Translations under genes and position numbers: made by a program
Shown: one piece after another, positions 22,894 through 36,800 of the stretch
Numbering within the stretch: the stretch's first letter is position 1
Layout: each line of letters starts with the position of its first letter
The notes under the pieces: model-generated
What the model was told of the DNA's origin: nothing
The model's database searches: none
The model's input: only the letters and a program-made list of their open reading frames with translations
NCBI GenBank assembly: GCA_965178125.1
Contig: OZ237754.1
Span: 930,001-994,000 of the forward strand
Length of the DNA stretch: 64,000 nucleotides
Source: Bilabrum cf. latius
Taxonomy: Eukaryota
Direction of reading: 5' to 3'

Positions 22894-25152
22894 GATGCTG
22901 CGTTGTGAGGGTGACTGTCGCTGGAAAAGTCGTTGGCTGCCTGGTTATGGTCCGGCAAAACGATTCTATGCAGCGGCCCGGGGCGGACGCGCTGTCAAAG
23001 GCGAGGAGGAAGCATTTGCTCACTTTGACTCCTTACTAATAGAGTGGTTTGACTTGATTGTCTATCGCGAGTTTGTAGTAGAGATAGGCTACAGTCTGTT
23101 TCCAATTGATTGCTTTGTGTTGGTCGTGCTGGAAGCCACAACCGTGCCGGCTTGACCACCGTCCGTTGTCGTCACACCGCCAGTTGTGTCAAGTGCTACT
23201 GTCCTTGGCCCAGCCAATTAGTGGCATCTGAATGGATCGCAATGCGACCGTGCGAGTGACACAAATATGTGTAGAACAGAGAATGGCGAGTGCGAAGAAA
23301 AATATCTGTTCACATCTCATCCGCAATGCTATGCTGCATCCACTGGCAGAGGCGCGTAGCTCTGTGCTCGCAAAACAGCTCGAGCAACTGCTCCGTGCTC
23401 GCCCACTCCCAAGCATGGGAGCCATTCAAGTGTGCTGGCTGTCTTGCTGCATGCGCATTGCCGCCAATCGCTGTCAAATCGTAGTCGGGTCGTCGTCGTT
23501 GTAGGTACCGTGCACGGCGGGGGGGGATGAAGGGAGAATATCGAAGGGGTCAGGTCAGGTAGAGGGCGCGAGCCGGGCAACTGCCTCGATGCTCGCGCCG
23601 GTCCTTCCATCGCCCGCTAATCCACCTACCCACCTACCGATCGTGCTGTTGTTGTCGTTGTTGCGCTTCGTGGTTTGACCGAGAGGGCGAGCCGAGCCAG
23701 TGCTTCCTCAAGGGACGGAGGGATGGACGGACAACCGAGCCGCCTGGTTGCATCGTCCATGCCAAGCACTTGCACTCTTGCTCTCTGCGCGCTCTGGCTG
23801 GCCTTGCTCCATGCCGGAACACTGCCTCTGCCGCTGCCACGGTCAGTCGTAGGGGGGTCGAAGGTCGGGGTGAGGGGGGAGAGTTGAGGTGTGCGTCCGG
23901 GGGCCGGCATTTCGATAGTCTAGAGCTCCGGTGCGGCTGCCGCGGCTGCTGCTGCCGTCCTGTTGGTGCAATGCATGGTCTGCCCAACCTCTTGTGCGCG
24001 ATGAAGGGGATGGTTGGCAAACGCACGCACCTGTTAGCACAGTAGCAGCAGCAGCGCAGGTGCATCGCGGGGAGTTCAAGCATCGAGGGCCGGCCAACCG
24101 CCGCCGCGTCGTGTGTTCTCTCAGAAAAAAACAGCCGGCACCAATGCAGCGCACTGAAGCTGTTACAGTGCGCTGCACCGTGGACCGCCTGGGCCGCTGG
24201 GCCGAAACCGGCGGACTGCCGCAGGCTTGAGCCGGACTGGAGAACAAAACGCGGCTCGGGCGCCGTGTTGGACATCGAAGGAGGGGTGGGTAGGAACGGG
24301 GCCGCGAGCGTCGCATCAGCCGGCCCGCGGACGGGAGACGGAGCATCGCACTGCGCGGCGAGGGGCTTCAGTGTGCCCCTGGCTCGCGATGGTGGATGCT
24401 GCTGTGCTCCCGCCCACGGGCGACTAGCGGCGCCCACGGCCCCGCCTGGGTGAATTGCTGCTGGTCACAACGCAGGCCCGGCAGTCATCTCACACCCATG
24501 CAATAGAGCATGGGGCGTGGTGGGGACGAGCAGCTGCTCTGAAACCAAGCAGCATATGGAGGCACTGCGAAATTTGGCTCGTAACTAGATGCGCAAGCAC
24601 CCGCCAGAATGTGATGGCAGGTGCCCCGTTGCAAGCCAGGAATGTCGAAGTGCCATCCAAACCCAAACGACTCAGAAAAAGCGGGTCGTCCGTCGGCCAT
24701 TTGTAGAAGAATCAGGGCCGCCTCCGATGCTGTCAGCATCATCCGATACAACTGCTCCCATAGATAGGGAAACACGTCGCGACAATGACGTGGTGGCACC
24801 TGCCGATGAGATGCATGCCATGGGGCCAACGCCCAAAGCCGATTTATCTGAGCTCTGGACCAAGAGCGAATGCGAGGCTAGCCTGAACATGGGCAGCCCG
24901 CTTGCAGCCGCACGGCAAGACAATCCAGCCACAGCACCCATCCTACGCATGCACCGGCTCATTGAGCGTCGCGCAACATTAATTCGAGGCATCATCATAC
25001 TTTGGCTCGACTAGTTGAGCAGCAATTTTAAGCCGATTGAGTTGACGATGTATATCAGATTCGTTTTAGCAACACGCAACAAACGTGCGCCCGGCATTCG
25101 GTCCATTTCTAAGCTCGAGAACGATACCAAAATGCAATAGGCAGCCGGATTT

Positions 25153-26134
25153 ATGCAGAACTTTGGGACAAATTTTGATGTGAATGCTATCTTGAAGTTT
25201 AATGAAGTGTCACCCGCTGTACAGTCCCATCTCGGGTCTGTGTACAGACAGCTTCTCATTGGGATGGCTGCCGCAACGATTGGATCCTATATTGGCAGTG
25301 CACTAGGAGCTGTTGGATCTGCTGCTGGCTTTGTCTCGATTATGTGCCTCATTGCCATGCAGTGCCAGGTGAGTTACGAATCTTGGATGTCGCTTCGTTT
25401 GCCCAACTTTCGACATCTCCACGTGTCGTCGGTTGATCCGCTGGTCCACGATTGGGTCTCTCGCGGGCTCCACATAGTGAAAGCCAGGCACTTAGTACGA
25501 ATATGCCGCCCAAACCGTGCAAGGCTAGATGCGCATGTGCTGGGTAGTCTGGTGCATCCAGTACAGCATGCGATGCAGCTGATCACCTGCCGCCGCCCCC
25601 CTGCCCCTTCGTTCTTCTGTTGTGTCGCAGACAAGGAACTCGATGGGAAAACAGCTGCTGTTCCTAGCTTTCACCTTCTTCAAGGGCGTCGCGATCGCCC
25701 CGCTGGTGGGCCAGGCCATCCGCTTCGACCCCGCCATCGTGACGAGCGCCCTCCTGCTGACCGCCGGAGTGTTCGCGATCTTCTCCGCCCTCGCCCTCTT
25801 CTCCAAGCGAAGGGAGTACCTGTACCTCGGCGGGATTCTCGGCTCTGCCCTCTGGGTGATCCTGGGGACCTCCATGCTCGCCTGGGTATTCCCAGGGATG
25901 CGGGGCCTGGCCTTCAACGTGAACCTCTACGGCGGGCTGCTCCTCTTTGTGGGATACGTGGTTCTGGACACCCAGATGATCGTGGAGAAGGCCTCGTCTC
26001 TCCCCACGGAGCACCTGGACGCGGTGGGAGACGCTGCCTAGCTGTTCATCGACCTCGTCGGCATCTTCGTCCGCATCCTCATCATCCTCATGAGGAACCA
26101 GGGCAAGAAGGAGAAGAAGAACAGCAGGAGGTAA
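25153..26134 (+). CDS. BI-1: Bax inhibitor-1 family protein; exons 25153-25368 and 25631-26134
   Basis: VQSHLGSVY, KRREYLYLGGIL, YGGLLLFVGYVVLDTQMIVEKA. The family's last helix and basic tail (LFIDLVGIFVRILIIL...KKEKK) lie after an in-frame TAG at 26039. Ends at TAA. Confidence 0.92.
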
Positions 26135-26350
26135 AATGGATGTATGCATGCATGCTCTACCTCACGATTGTTGCGATTTGAAAAGTACATGTCGTTAAAC
26201 GAAGTATTGGCTTCAGTGAACCATGCCAGCGGGTCTTGCACCAGCCAGCCAATGCATCGCAAACAAAGCAAGATTCTCTCTAGGAGAAGCATCGATTACC
26301 AACCGACTGTACATTCATGTATTTAGCGCAAAATGCACGCGGCTACAGAA

Positions 26351-29307
26351 TCACCAATCGTCCTCCCCCCAGCCATCCCCGTCCCCGAGTGCATCATCGC
26401 CCACCATCGTGCCGCTGGCCGCTCCCGCAGACGGGGCCGCGGCTCCCGTGCCTCCCATCCCCCCTGGCAAATCATCCTCGAGCCCCAAGTCGCCATCGAG
26501 ACCGTCCTCCTCCCAACCCCCCGCAGCCTCCAGGTCGCCAGCCGGTAGAGAGGTACCGCCGGCCTTGCCTTTCGCCGCTGCCGCGGCTGCCTCCGCTGCG
26601 GCCTGCTCTGCAGCAGACAACAGCGGTGCAGGCGAGCGAATCGCACTCGTCGCACCACCAAGGCCACCGAACCCTGAGCCTCCCACGCTCCCCATCCCCG
26701 CCCCTAGGCCATATTCGTCATCCGCGGACAATGCCCCGGCCGCCACTTTGACCATGCCTCCCCCGAGGCCCGATCCGCCCGCCGACATGCCCAGACCGAA
26801 GCCACCTCTCGGCTAGGCCACGAATCCAGCGTCGTCCTCGTCCTCGTCCTCAAACGCGTGCTGCCGCCCACCCGCAGTGCCGCCATGCGGTGCACCCGCC
26901 CTGTTCCCCAGCTCAACATCGGCAGGGGCTCCTACCTGCCTCAGAGGAGAGGCGGCTCGGGGGCTGCCCCGCGAGCCCGAGCCCAAGCCCGAGGAGGATG
27001 ACGATCGCGAGGTTGGGGCGGGGGCGGGGGCGGGGGCTGGAGCCTGGGCCACTGGCACGGCTGGCGCTGCCGATCCCAGCTTCGTCCCCCCGCCGCGGCT
27101 GAACTAACTAGGGTTTGGCCGGCTCATCCCTGAACCACTACCCCTGCCAACTCCGGCCTGCCCGAATTCGTCCCCGTCCCCATCGGTCGAGTCGCCCCAG
27201 CCGTCATCTCCCCAGCCATCGTCTCCCCACTCCTCCCCACCGCCACTGCCACCGCCCTTCACCACGCTGCCCGTCGCCCCGGCGCTGCCTCCGCCGCCGC
27301 CGAGTCCCAGTTGTGTGCTGCCGATCGATCTAGCGCCGCCCATACCGGCCGTCAGCCTCGCCCTCTCCTCCTCGCCATCGCCCTACAGCCCACCAGCCTC
27401 TCCCTGTCTGCTCCCAGATACGGTGCTGCCGCCGCGGTCAGCTCCAATCACACCTCCTCCACTCAGCCCCGGAATCCGGCCCGTGAAGTAGGCCCACAGA
27501 CCCACGCACCCCACTGCGGCCAAGGCACCCAGAGGCAGGTGAAACTGCTGCGGGACCAGAGCCCCGGCACTCTTGTTCCGTGCATTGTCCTAGCCCTCAC
27601 CCTCGCCCTCGTTCTGCTACACAACACCACCGTCACCGACCTCGTCCACAGGCACCGATGCGGCGGCGGGCGACGGGGACTCAGCCGGCGCCGCGTCCCC
27701 GCCATCGCCGGGGCTGCTGCTCGATCCAGACCCAGGAGAGGCTGGCCCAGTCCACGGAGAGGGGATGGGGGGCTGGGGGCGGGGCACTGCGAGAGGGGAC
27801 TTAGTAGGCGTGGATTGCTTGGGTGGTGGTTCTTGACCCGGCGCGGGCGACTCCGCCGGGTTTCTGGATGCTGCAGACCCTGCTGCCGGCACGTCTGTCC
27901 TCTAACCGAATTCTTCGGGCTACTTTTCCTCGCCCTAGCCTTTGCCTTCCTACCAGATATCAGAACCACCCTTTGTCATGTCGCCCAACACCTCGCCACT
28001 GCCCGGTAGGGGAAATCCAGATCCATGACTAGCCCCACCTGTGTCCCCGCTGGATGCAGTTCCAGCGCTTGGGCTTGTGCCGCTGCTGCTGCCAGCCCCG
28101 TCCGTCTCCCCGCTGGTCTCAGACTCAGAGCTTGGGCTTGTGCCGCTGCCGCTGCTGCTGCTGCTGCTGCCAGCCCCGTCCGTCTCCCCGCTGGTCTCAG
28201 ACTCAGAGCTTGGGCTTGTGCCGCTGCCGCTGCTGCTGCTGCTGCTGCCAGCCCCGTCCGTCTCCCCGCTGGTCTCAGACTCAGAGCTTGGGCTTGTGCC
28301 GCTGCCGCTGCTGCTGCTGCTGCTGCCAGCCCCGTCCGTCTCCCCGCTGGTCTCAGACTCAGAGCTTGGGCTTGTGCCGCTGCTGCTGCTGCTGCTGCCA
28401 GCCCCGTCCGTCTCCCCGCTGGTCTCAGACTCAGAGCTTGGGCTTGTGCCGCTGCTGCTGCTGCTGCTGCTGCTGCCAGCCCCGTCCGTCTCCCCGCTGG
28501 TCTCAGACTCAGAGCTTGGGCTTGTGCCACCGCTGCTGCTGCTGCTGCTGCTGCTGCCAGCCCCGTCCGTCTCCCCGCTGGTCTCAGACTCAGAGCTTGG
28601 GCTTGTGCCGCTGCCGCTGCTGCTGCTGCCGCCAGCCCCGTCCGTCTCCCCGCTGGTCTCAGACTCAGAGCTTGGGCTTGTGCCGCTGCCGCTGCTGCTG
28701 CTGCTGCCAGCCCCGTCCGTCTCCCCGCTGGTCTCAGACTCAGAGCTTGGGCTTGTGCCACCGCTGCTGCTGCTGCTGCTGCTGCCAGCCCCGTCCGTCT
28801 TCCCGCTGGTCTCAGACTCAGAGCTTGGGCTTGTGCCGCTGCCGCTGCTGCTGCTGCTGCTGCTGCCAGCCCCGTCCGTCTCCCCTCTGGTCTCAGACTC
28901 AGAGCTTGGGCTTGTGCCGCTGCTGCTGCTGCTGCTGCTGCTGCCAGCCCCGTCCGTCTCCCCGCTGGTCTCAGACTCAGAGCTTGGGCTTGTGCCGCTG
29001 CTGCTGCTGCTGCTGCTGCTGCCAGCCCCGTCCGTCTCCCCGCTGGTCTCAGACTCAGAGCTTGGGCTTGTGCCGCTGCCGCTGCTGCTGCTGCTGCTGC
29101 CAGCCCCGTCCGTCTCCCCGCTGGTCTCAGACTCAGAGCTTGGGCTTGTGCCGCTGCTGCTGCTGCTGCTGCTGCTGCCAGCCCCGTCCGTCTCCCCTCT
29201 GGTCTCAGACTCAGAGCTTGGGCTTGTGCCGCTGCTGCTGCTGCTGCTGCTGCCAGCCCCGTCCGTCTCCCCGCTGGTCTCAGACTCAGAGCTTGGGCTT
29301 GTGCCAC

Positions 29308-29342
<35 letters not shown>

Positions 29343-29703
29343 CCAGCCCCGTCCGTCTCCCCGCTGGTCTCAGACTCAGAGCTTGGGCTTGTGCCGCTGC
29401 TGCTGCTGCTGCTGCTGCCAGCCCCGTCCGTCTTCCCGCTGGTCTCAGACTCAGAGCTTGGGCTTGTGCCGCTGCTGCTGCTGCTGCTGCTGCCGCCAGC
29501 CCCGTCCGTCTCCCCGCTGGTCTCAGACTCAGAGCTTGGGCTTGTGCCGCTGCTGCTGCTGCTGCTGCTGCCAGCCCCGTCCGTCTCCCCTCTGGTCTCA
29601 GACTCAGAGCTTGGGCTTGTGCCGCTGCCGCTGCTGCTGCTGCTGCTGCCAGCCCCGTCCGTCTCCCCTCTGGTCTCAGACTCAGAGCTTGGGCTTGTGC
29701 CAC

Positions 29704-29734
<31 letters not shown>

Positions 29735-30018
29735 ACTACCAGCCCCGTCCGTCTCCCCGCTGGTCTCAGACTCAGAGCTTGGGCTTGTGCCACCGCTGCT
29801 GCTGCTGCTGCTGCCAGCCCCGTCCGTCTTCCCGCTGGTCTCAGACTCAGAGCTTGGGCTTGTGCCGCTGCCGCTGCTGCTGCTGCTGCTGCCAGCCCCG
29901 TCCGTCTCCCCGCTGGTCTCAGACTCAGAGCTTGGGCTTGTGCCACCGCTGCTGCTGCTGCTGCTGCCAGCCCCGTCCGTCTTCCCGCTGGTCTCAGACT
30001 CAGAGCTTGGGCTTGTGC

Positions 30019-30057
<39 letters not shown>

Positions 30058-30646
30058 CCCCGTCCGTCTTCCCGCTGGTCTCAGACTCAGAGCTTGGGCT
30101 TGTGCCGCTGCCGCTGCTGCTGCTGCTGCTGCTGCTGCTGCCGCCAGCCCCGTCCGTCTCTCCGCTGGTCTCAGACTCAGAGCTTGGGCTTGTGCCGCCG
30201 CTGCTGCTGCCAGTCCCAGGTTCCTGTCCGGATTCTCCGTCGGATGGGCTAGCCTGTTTCTGAATTCCATCTTTGGGCTGAACGTTGGATGTTGACGGCA
30301 AATGATCATTACGTGTTTGAACCACTGACTAGCTACCTGGCGTTTCTGTCCCTTGCAGTATTTCTTGTACTGTCTAGTGCTAGTCTTTTTCGGCATCTTT
30401 ACCTTTCCCACCCTCCGAATGCTACCAAGATTCCCTGCTCTTATCTGATAATTCAAGTTGTGTACTGTATTCCGTATTGGTATCCCTCAGTGCTACTCCC
30501 GCTTTGGACTGCTCGTGATATGGCGAGGTTGCTTGTGATTCAAGGCGGCGGCCGGCAAACTACCCGCTATTCGCTATACGTCGGCCATTATCGCCTTCAA
30601 CGAACATAACTATGGATACCATTAAGAAAGTGCACAAAATTTTCAT
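26351..30646 (-). CDS. Ser/Gly-rich repetitive type I membrane (mucin-like) surface protein, ~1,430 aa
   Basis: With TAG as sense, one frame runs from a signal peptide (MKILCTFLMVSIVMFVEG, ATG 30646) through 27 repeats, a TM segment (LPLGALAAVGCVGLWAYF) and an acidic tail with DDGW motifs to TGA 26351. Confidence 0.8.
28066..30213 (-). repeat. Coding minisatellite: 27 units of ~72-90 bp with a nested variable (AGC)n tract
   Basis: Each unit encodes GTSPSSESET(S/R)G(E/K)TDGAG plus a variable poly-Ser run; copies counted from the translation. Confidence 0.95.
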
Positions 30647-30820
30647 GGTTTAATGGGAAATGCTTCTATTGCCGGCGTTTCCCTTTGCTTTCCTCAATCT
30701 GGTTTTCACGATTGCCCCCGCATTCTACACCCAACAATAATTCAAAAATGGACTCTATCGGCAACTGTATCAATATTAGCGGCAGTCCTCGAATTCCACG
30801 GAGGTGTATCCCATTCAGTT

Positions 30821-33800
30821 ATGAGTGCTAGTGATGCTGCCTCTGGTAGTGGGAGAGATTAGTCGGTCGGTGGCACTGGCGGCGGTAGAGGCCGCAGCAA
30901 AACTGCAAAGGCAGGTGGGATGAGATTCATGCCCAAGCTTCGAGCTGCAGGGCAAAGTACGATGGAGCAGAGGGCTCGATGGACAAAATTCGATGCCGAG
31001 TGGGGCTATAAATCGCTGCCAAAGGATTTGAAGGGCGAGATGACTGGATGGCTCATAGAATCCAAGGCGACCACAGTGACCGACAGCGACAGGATCGAGC
31101 ACGCCGCAGTGGATCTGTATTTCTTGAAACAAAATGGAAGCACATTTCGCGGTACGTTGGTGCACTAGCCATACTTTTACGTGTATTGCGGGGACACGTT
31201 CGTGAGGGAGGTGTCGAGCGCCCTGCAGAAGAGATTCGAAGGCATCCTGTCGTCGGTCGAGGCGGCGAGCATGGAGGACCTCGAACTTGCAAACCACGTG
31301 GCAGGACGAAAAGCCACTTATCTGAAGCTATCGTTTCGCACTGTCTCGGAGCTCATGGACATCCGGCGAGAGCTGCGTCCACGCATCGAGCGGAACAGGC
31401 GACGGGCGGCCCGCGAAGCCGCCTTCGAGACTGGACTGGTGAGAGGAGAGGGAGAGAGACACCAGCACGAATGCATGCTTATTTTCATTCATCATGCAAT
31501 CGCTGACTCCTTGCGATCATTACCCCCCGCTGGCCCCCCATCTGACTATCCCTTCCAACGAAACCACCGCAGGCAGCAGCGGCAGAGGAGGGCGCCCCCT
31601 CGGACCCCCTCGATCTCCTCACCGACATGCGGGAGTACGATGTGCCCTACCCCACCCGGGTGGCGATCGACAGGGGAGTGCGCGTGGGTGCATGGTTCGC
31701 CGTGAAGAACCAGCCCGGTGCGCCGTGCGAGGGCTGCGTGGAGCTTCGGAGGCTCGAGACGATGACGGACAAGGCCGAGCCGAGGGTGCTTGCCTTCGAC
31801 ATCGAGTGCACCAAGGCGGCACTCAAGTTCCCCGATGCGAAGACGGACCAGATCTACATGATCTCATACATGCTGGACGGCAGGGGGTACCTCCTGGTCA
31901 ACCGGGAGGTCGTTTCGGCGGACGTGCCCGACTTCGAATACACGCCCAAGAAGGCCTTCCCGGGGGAGTTCGAGGTGATCAATCTGGCCGACGAGAAGGC
32001 GACCATCCGGTACTTCTTCGACCACATCCGCAGGAGCAGGCCGCAGGTGATCGTCACCTACAACGGCGATTTCTTCGACTGGCCCTTTGTGGAGAGGCGC
32101 GCCCAGGAGCACGGCATGAACATGTGGGAGGAGGTCGGCGTCAGGGCCAACGAGCAGGGAGAGTACAGGGGCCGCGTGTGCATGCACATGGACTGCATCT
32201 ACTGGGTGAGGAGAGACTCCTACCTTCCCGCTGGCTCCCATGGGCTCAAGGCGGTCACCAAGGCGAAGCTGGGGTACAACCCAGTGGAGATAGACCCGGA
32301 GGACATGCTGCCCATGGCAGTGGCCAACCCCAGGCACATGGCATCGTACTCGGTATCCGATGCGGTGGCCACATACTACCTGTACCAGAAGTACGTACAC
32401 AACTTCATCTTCTCCCTTTGCACCATCATCCCGCTGGGGGCGGAAGACGTGCTGCGCAAGGGCTCAGGTACCCTGTGCGAGCTTCTCCTCATGGTGGAGG
32501 CCTCCAGGAACGGGGTGATCTGCCCCAACAAGCAGGTCACCCCCAGGGGCCGCACGCACCGGGGCCACATCCTCGAGTCGGACACGTACATCGGGGGCCA
32601 CGTGGAGTGCCTCGAGTCCGGGGTGTTCCGGTCGGATCTGCCCACGCAGTGGCGGCTGGACCCGAGCGCGTTCCAGGAGCTGATCGACCGGATTGACGCG
32701 GCGCTTACCTTTGCACTCGAGGTGGAGAGCGGGGTGGAGCGGGCCGAGGTGGCCAACTACGAGGAGGTGAGGTCGCAGATCGTCAGGAAGCTTGAGGCGC
32801 TTAGGGATAGGCCGGTCAGGGAGGAGCAGCCCACGATCTACCACCTGGATGTGGCGGCCATGTACCCCAACATCATCCTGACCAACCGGCTGCAGCCCAG
32901 CGCCATCGTGGACGAGGCGCACGACTGCGCCAAGTGCGACTTCAACACGCAGGACGACGAGCACCGCTGCAAGCGAAAGCTAGAGTGGACCTGGAGGGGG
33001 GACTACCTGCCAGCCACCCGTGCCGAGACGGAGAGGATCCGACAGCAGCTGCAGGCGGAGATGTTCCCGGCCCCGGAGGAAGACCGCAGCCGCTGGGGTG
33101 GGGGCGGCGGCGGCAGCATCTACAGCAAGGGGAAAGGGAACGGCGGCGGCGGGGCGGCGTCGGGCAGCGGAGACCGCGCGGCCGAGATGGTGCCGTTCGG
33201 CGAGCTGCCGCACGCAATGCAGGACTCCCTTCTGAAGAAGCGGGTGAAGCAGTACAGCCAGAAGGTGTACAAGCGCCAGAAGGACAGCGAGGAGACGGAC
33301 AAGACCGCGACCATCTGCCAGAGGGAGAACCCCTTCTACGTGAACACCGTGCGCGACTTTAGGGATCGAAGGTACGAGTACAAGGGGCTCACCAAGAAGT
33401 GGTCCAAGAACGTGGCCAAGGCCGACAAGGCGGGAGACAAGATGGCGGTGGCCGAGGCCCGCAATCTGGTGACGTACTACGACTCGCTGCAGCTGGCGCA
33501 CAAGTGCATCCTCAATTCCTTCTACGGGTACGTGATGAGGAAGGGCGCCCGCTGGCACTCGATGCCCATGGCGGGGGTGGTGACAGCCACCGGTGCCCGG
33601 CTCATCACGCAGGCCAGGGAGCTCGTGGAGAGGATCGGCCGCGCCCTAGAGCTGGACACGGACGGGATCTGGTGCATCCTGCCGTCGAGCTTCCCCGAGG
33701 ACTTCGACTTTGTGCTCCACAGCGGGAAGAAGGTGGGCATCTCCTACCCGTGCATCATGCTCAACGTGGACGTACACGACCGGTACACCAACCACCAGTA

Positions 33801-36800
33801 CCAGATGCCCATGGAGATGCCGGCAGCAGGCGGGGAGGCCGCGCCGCGCAAGCCCAAGTGGTCCATCCGCAGCGAGTGCAGCATTTTCTTCGAGGTGGAC
33901 GGGCCTTACCGCTGCATGGTGCTGCCTGCCTCGCAGGAGGAAGGCAAGCTGCTCAAGAAGAGGTACGCGGTGTTCAACTTCGACGGATCCCTGGCCGAGC
34001 TCAAGGGGTTCGAGCTGAAGCGGAGGGGGGAGCTCAAGATCATCAAGATGTTCCAGCAGGAGGTATTCGAGAGGTTCCTGCTGGGCGGGTCCCTCGAGGA
34101 GTGCTATGCCGCTGTGGCGGAGGTGGCGGACTACTGGCTGGACGTGCTGTTCTCCAGGGGCGCTGACCTGGATGACGCGGCCTTGCTGGACCTGATCAGC
34201 GAGAACAGGAGCATGAGCAGGACGCTGGACGATTACGGGGACCAGAAGAGCACGGCCATCAGCACGGCCAAGCGGCTGGCGGAGTTCCTGGGGGCAGACA
34301 TGGTCAAGGACAAGGGGCTTGCGTGCAAGCTCGTCATCGCCGCGGCGCCCAGGGAGGCGCCCGTGACGGAGCGAGCCATCCCCACGGCCATCTTCCAGGC
34401 CGAGCCCGCGGTGAAGAGGCACTACCTGCGCAAGTGGTGCGGGGGTGGGGGCAGGTCATCATCCTCGTCCTCCTCATCCTCTTCTGCTTCCTCCGAGTCG
34501 GAGTCCCTGGGCCTCCGTCAGATCGTGGACTGGGACTATTACGTGCAGCGGCTGGGCGCGGCCATCCAGAAGATCGTGACCATTCCAGCCGCCTTGCAGA
34601 GGCTGGACAACCCCGTGCCCAGGGTGGAGCACCCCCCTTGGCTCCTCCGCAGCGTGAGGGAGGACGCAGACCCGAGGAAGCAGACCACCCTGGGCGCGTT
34701 CTTCAAGGCCAAGGGCGAGGGCGACGAGGGGGGCGAGGAGGAGGGCGCGGGAGGCGCGGAGCTGCCGAGGGGCCCGCTGGGGAGGGCTTAGGCAAGGAGC
34801 AAGGGTGCATCGCACGGTGGTGCGGGCGACATGGAGGACCTGGGCGGCGCGGCGGCGGCGCTTCTTGCCGGGGGCCGGGGCGGCCGGTCCTCTGTGACCG
34901 TGATGCGGCGAGCCGCTGGTGACACGCCCGGGTCGTCGGCAAGCGCGACCGGTGCCGGTTCTGCCGCGGATCTTGCGGGTCCTGTGGATGACGAGGACGA
35001 GAACATCGCGGTGTCTCTGCGGAGGGACGGCGTGCAGGACTGGCTGGCGGCGCGGAAGGCGCAGTGGAGGAAGAGGCGGGGAGAGGGGCGGGCCTCGAGC
35101 GGGGCGGGGAACAGCCTCGCGCTCGTGTCTGGCGGTGCGGCATCGGGGGCCGGCTCCAGGGGCAGCAAGGGCATCCTGGGGGTGAAGAGGAGGAAGGGCA
35201 AGGACCCGGTGGACGCCGCTGTGGTGCCCGTGGCCCCGCAGCCGCGCACGCTGGGCGGGTTCCTGGCAGAGGTGACGGACCGAGTGTCGAGGGGGTACTG
35301 GCAGGTGCTGGAGGTGCGGCAGGAGAGAGACCCCGGGCTGTTCACGCTGTTCGTGCTGCCCTCGCCCACGGACATGCTGAGGGTCCCCCTGAGGGTCCCC
35401 CGCCGGTTCCTGATCAACCGCACCGCGGCGTGGTCCGACGCCCCGCCCTTCGTCCAGCGGCTCCGGGAGCAGTGGCACCTGCCCCGGGGCAGGAAGCAGG
35501 GGCACCTGTACGAGGTGAGCATGCACGAGAGGCACTTCAGAAGGAACCAGAAGTTCCTGGCCGCGGCGCAGTCGGACCCCGTGGTGGAGGGCGTGTACGA
35601 GAGCAGGACCCCCCTCCTGCTGAGGGCGCTGGCGGGGGTGGGCTGCGTCACGAAGCTGGCGCCGTAGAGCGCCGCCTCCGCGCCCGGCGGGGGGCCTTTG
35701 TCTGCCTCGTCTGGGCGGAAGGGAGCCAGGGCCGGGTACGTGGCGGGCGATGAGGTCGAGCTGGACCGCCTCGAGTGGGTGACCACTGCGGACCACGACT
35801 ACATGTCCGTTCAGTCGGCCGTGTACCGCCGCGCCTTCGTGTTCCACGCGACGTCCCGAGGCACCGAGGAGGTGGAGGGCGGTGAGGCGGAGGGGGCCGG
35901 CGGGCTGGTGGCCCGCTCGGTGCTTGCTGTGGTGAGGCTGGAGCAGTCCAACCGCCAGCTGTTCGACTGGTCCGTGGAGGCGTTCAAGAGGATGCTGCGG
36001 GGGACCACTGGGCTGGACAGCGAGGGCCAGAGGGCGGGACCCGAGGTGGTTCTGGACAAGGACAAGCTCAGGATCCTGGCGGATGCGCGGGCGGGGGTGG
36101 AGGTCCCCGTGAGGCTCGAGGGGAAGGTCTTCTTCCTCGACTCTAGGGCCGGTGAGGGCGGCTCCGGCAGCGCCACGGCGAGGCGCAGGGCGGCCCGGCG
36201 GGCGGCGGCCGGTGTGCCCCCGTTGGAGAAGGTCCTGAGGAACTTTCGCCCGGGCACGCCCGCGGCCGCCCGCGGCGGGGCGCTGCACGGCTCCATCGAG
36301 GCCTCCGGGGTCAAGGCCGAGTCCATCGCGGGCGGCATGCAGGACCTCTGGAAGGCAGGGGAGAGGGAGCTCAGGTCGCTCACCAGGGCGGCACAGGGCC
36401 CCACCATCGTGCACGTGTGCGCGCAGCACGGACGCACTGCGGTTCTCGAGCACCTCTCCGCCCTGAGGCGCTTTCCCGTGGTGGATGTCGCGTTCCAGCC
36501 GGGCTGGACCCCGCGCGCGGCACTGCAGTGGCAGGCCACATCGCAGGCGCACGTGGCGTACGCCATCCGGGAGTACCTGCGCGGGTGGTCGCTGCAGCTG
36601 CGACATGCGGTGGCATGCCAGGTCCCCATCGGTAACCTGCAGCCCAGGCCCGCCCCCGGGCTGTCCACGGTGCAGTTCGCCCGTGCCCTCGCCCACAACC
36701 GGCACGCGCTATGGGCCTCCGACACGAGGTCGCCCGACCTGGGGGGAGCCGAGAGGCACGGGGGCGGTGGTGGTGATCTGGGGGCCGGTGCGGGGGTGGG

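Noticed and set aside
22900-25100. Short overlapping ORFs in this interval
   Set aside because: Typical GC-rich chance ORFs; no coherent gene model could be built.
28025-30456. Long alternative-frame and antisense ORFs (poly-Ala, poly-Leu, poly-Cys), or a CRISPR-like array
   Set aside because: These are by-products of a stop-free coding minisatellite with no unique spacers. Only the Ser-rich frame links to a signal peptide and TM helix.
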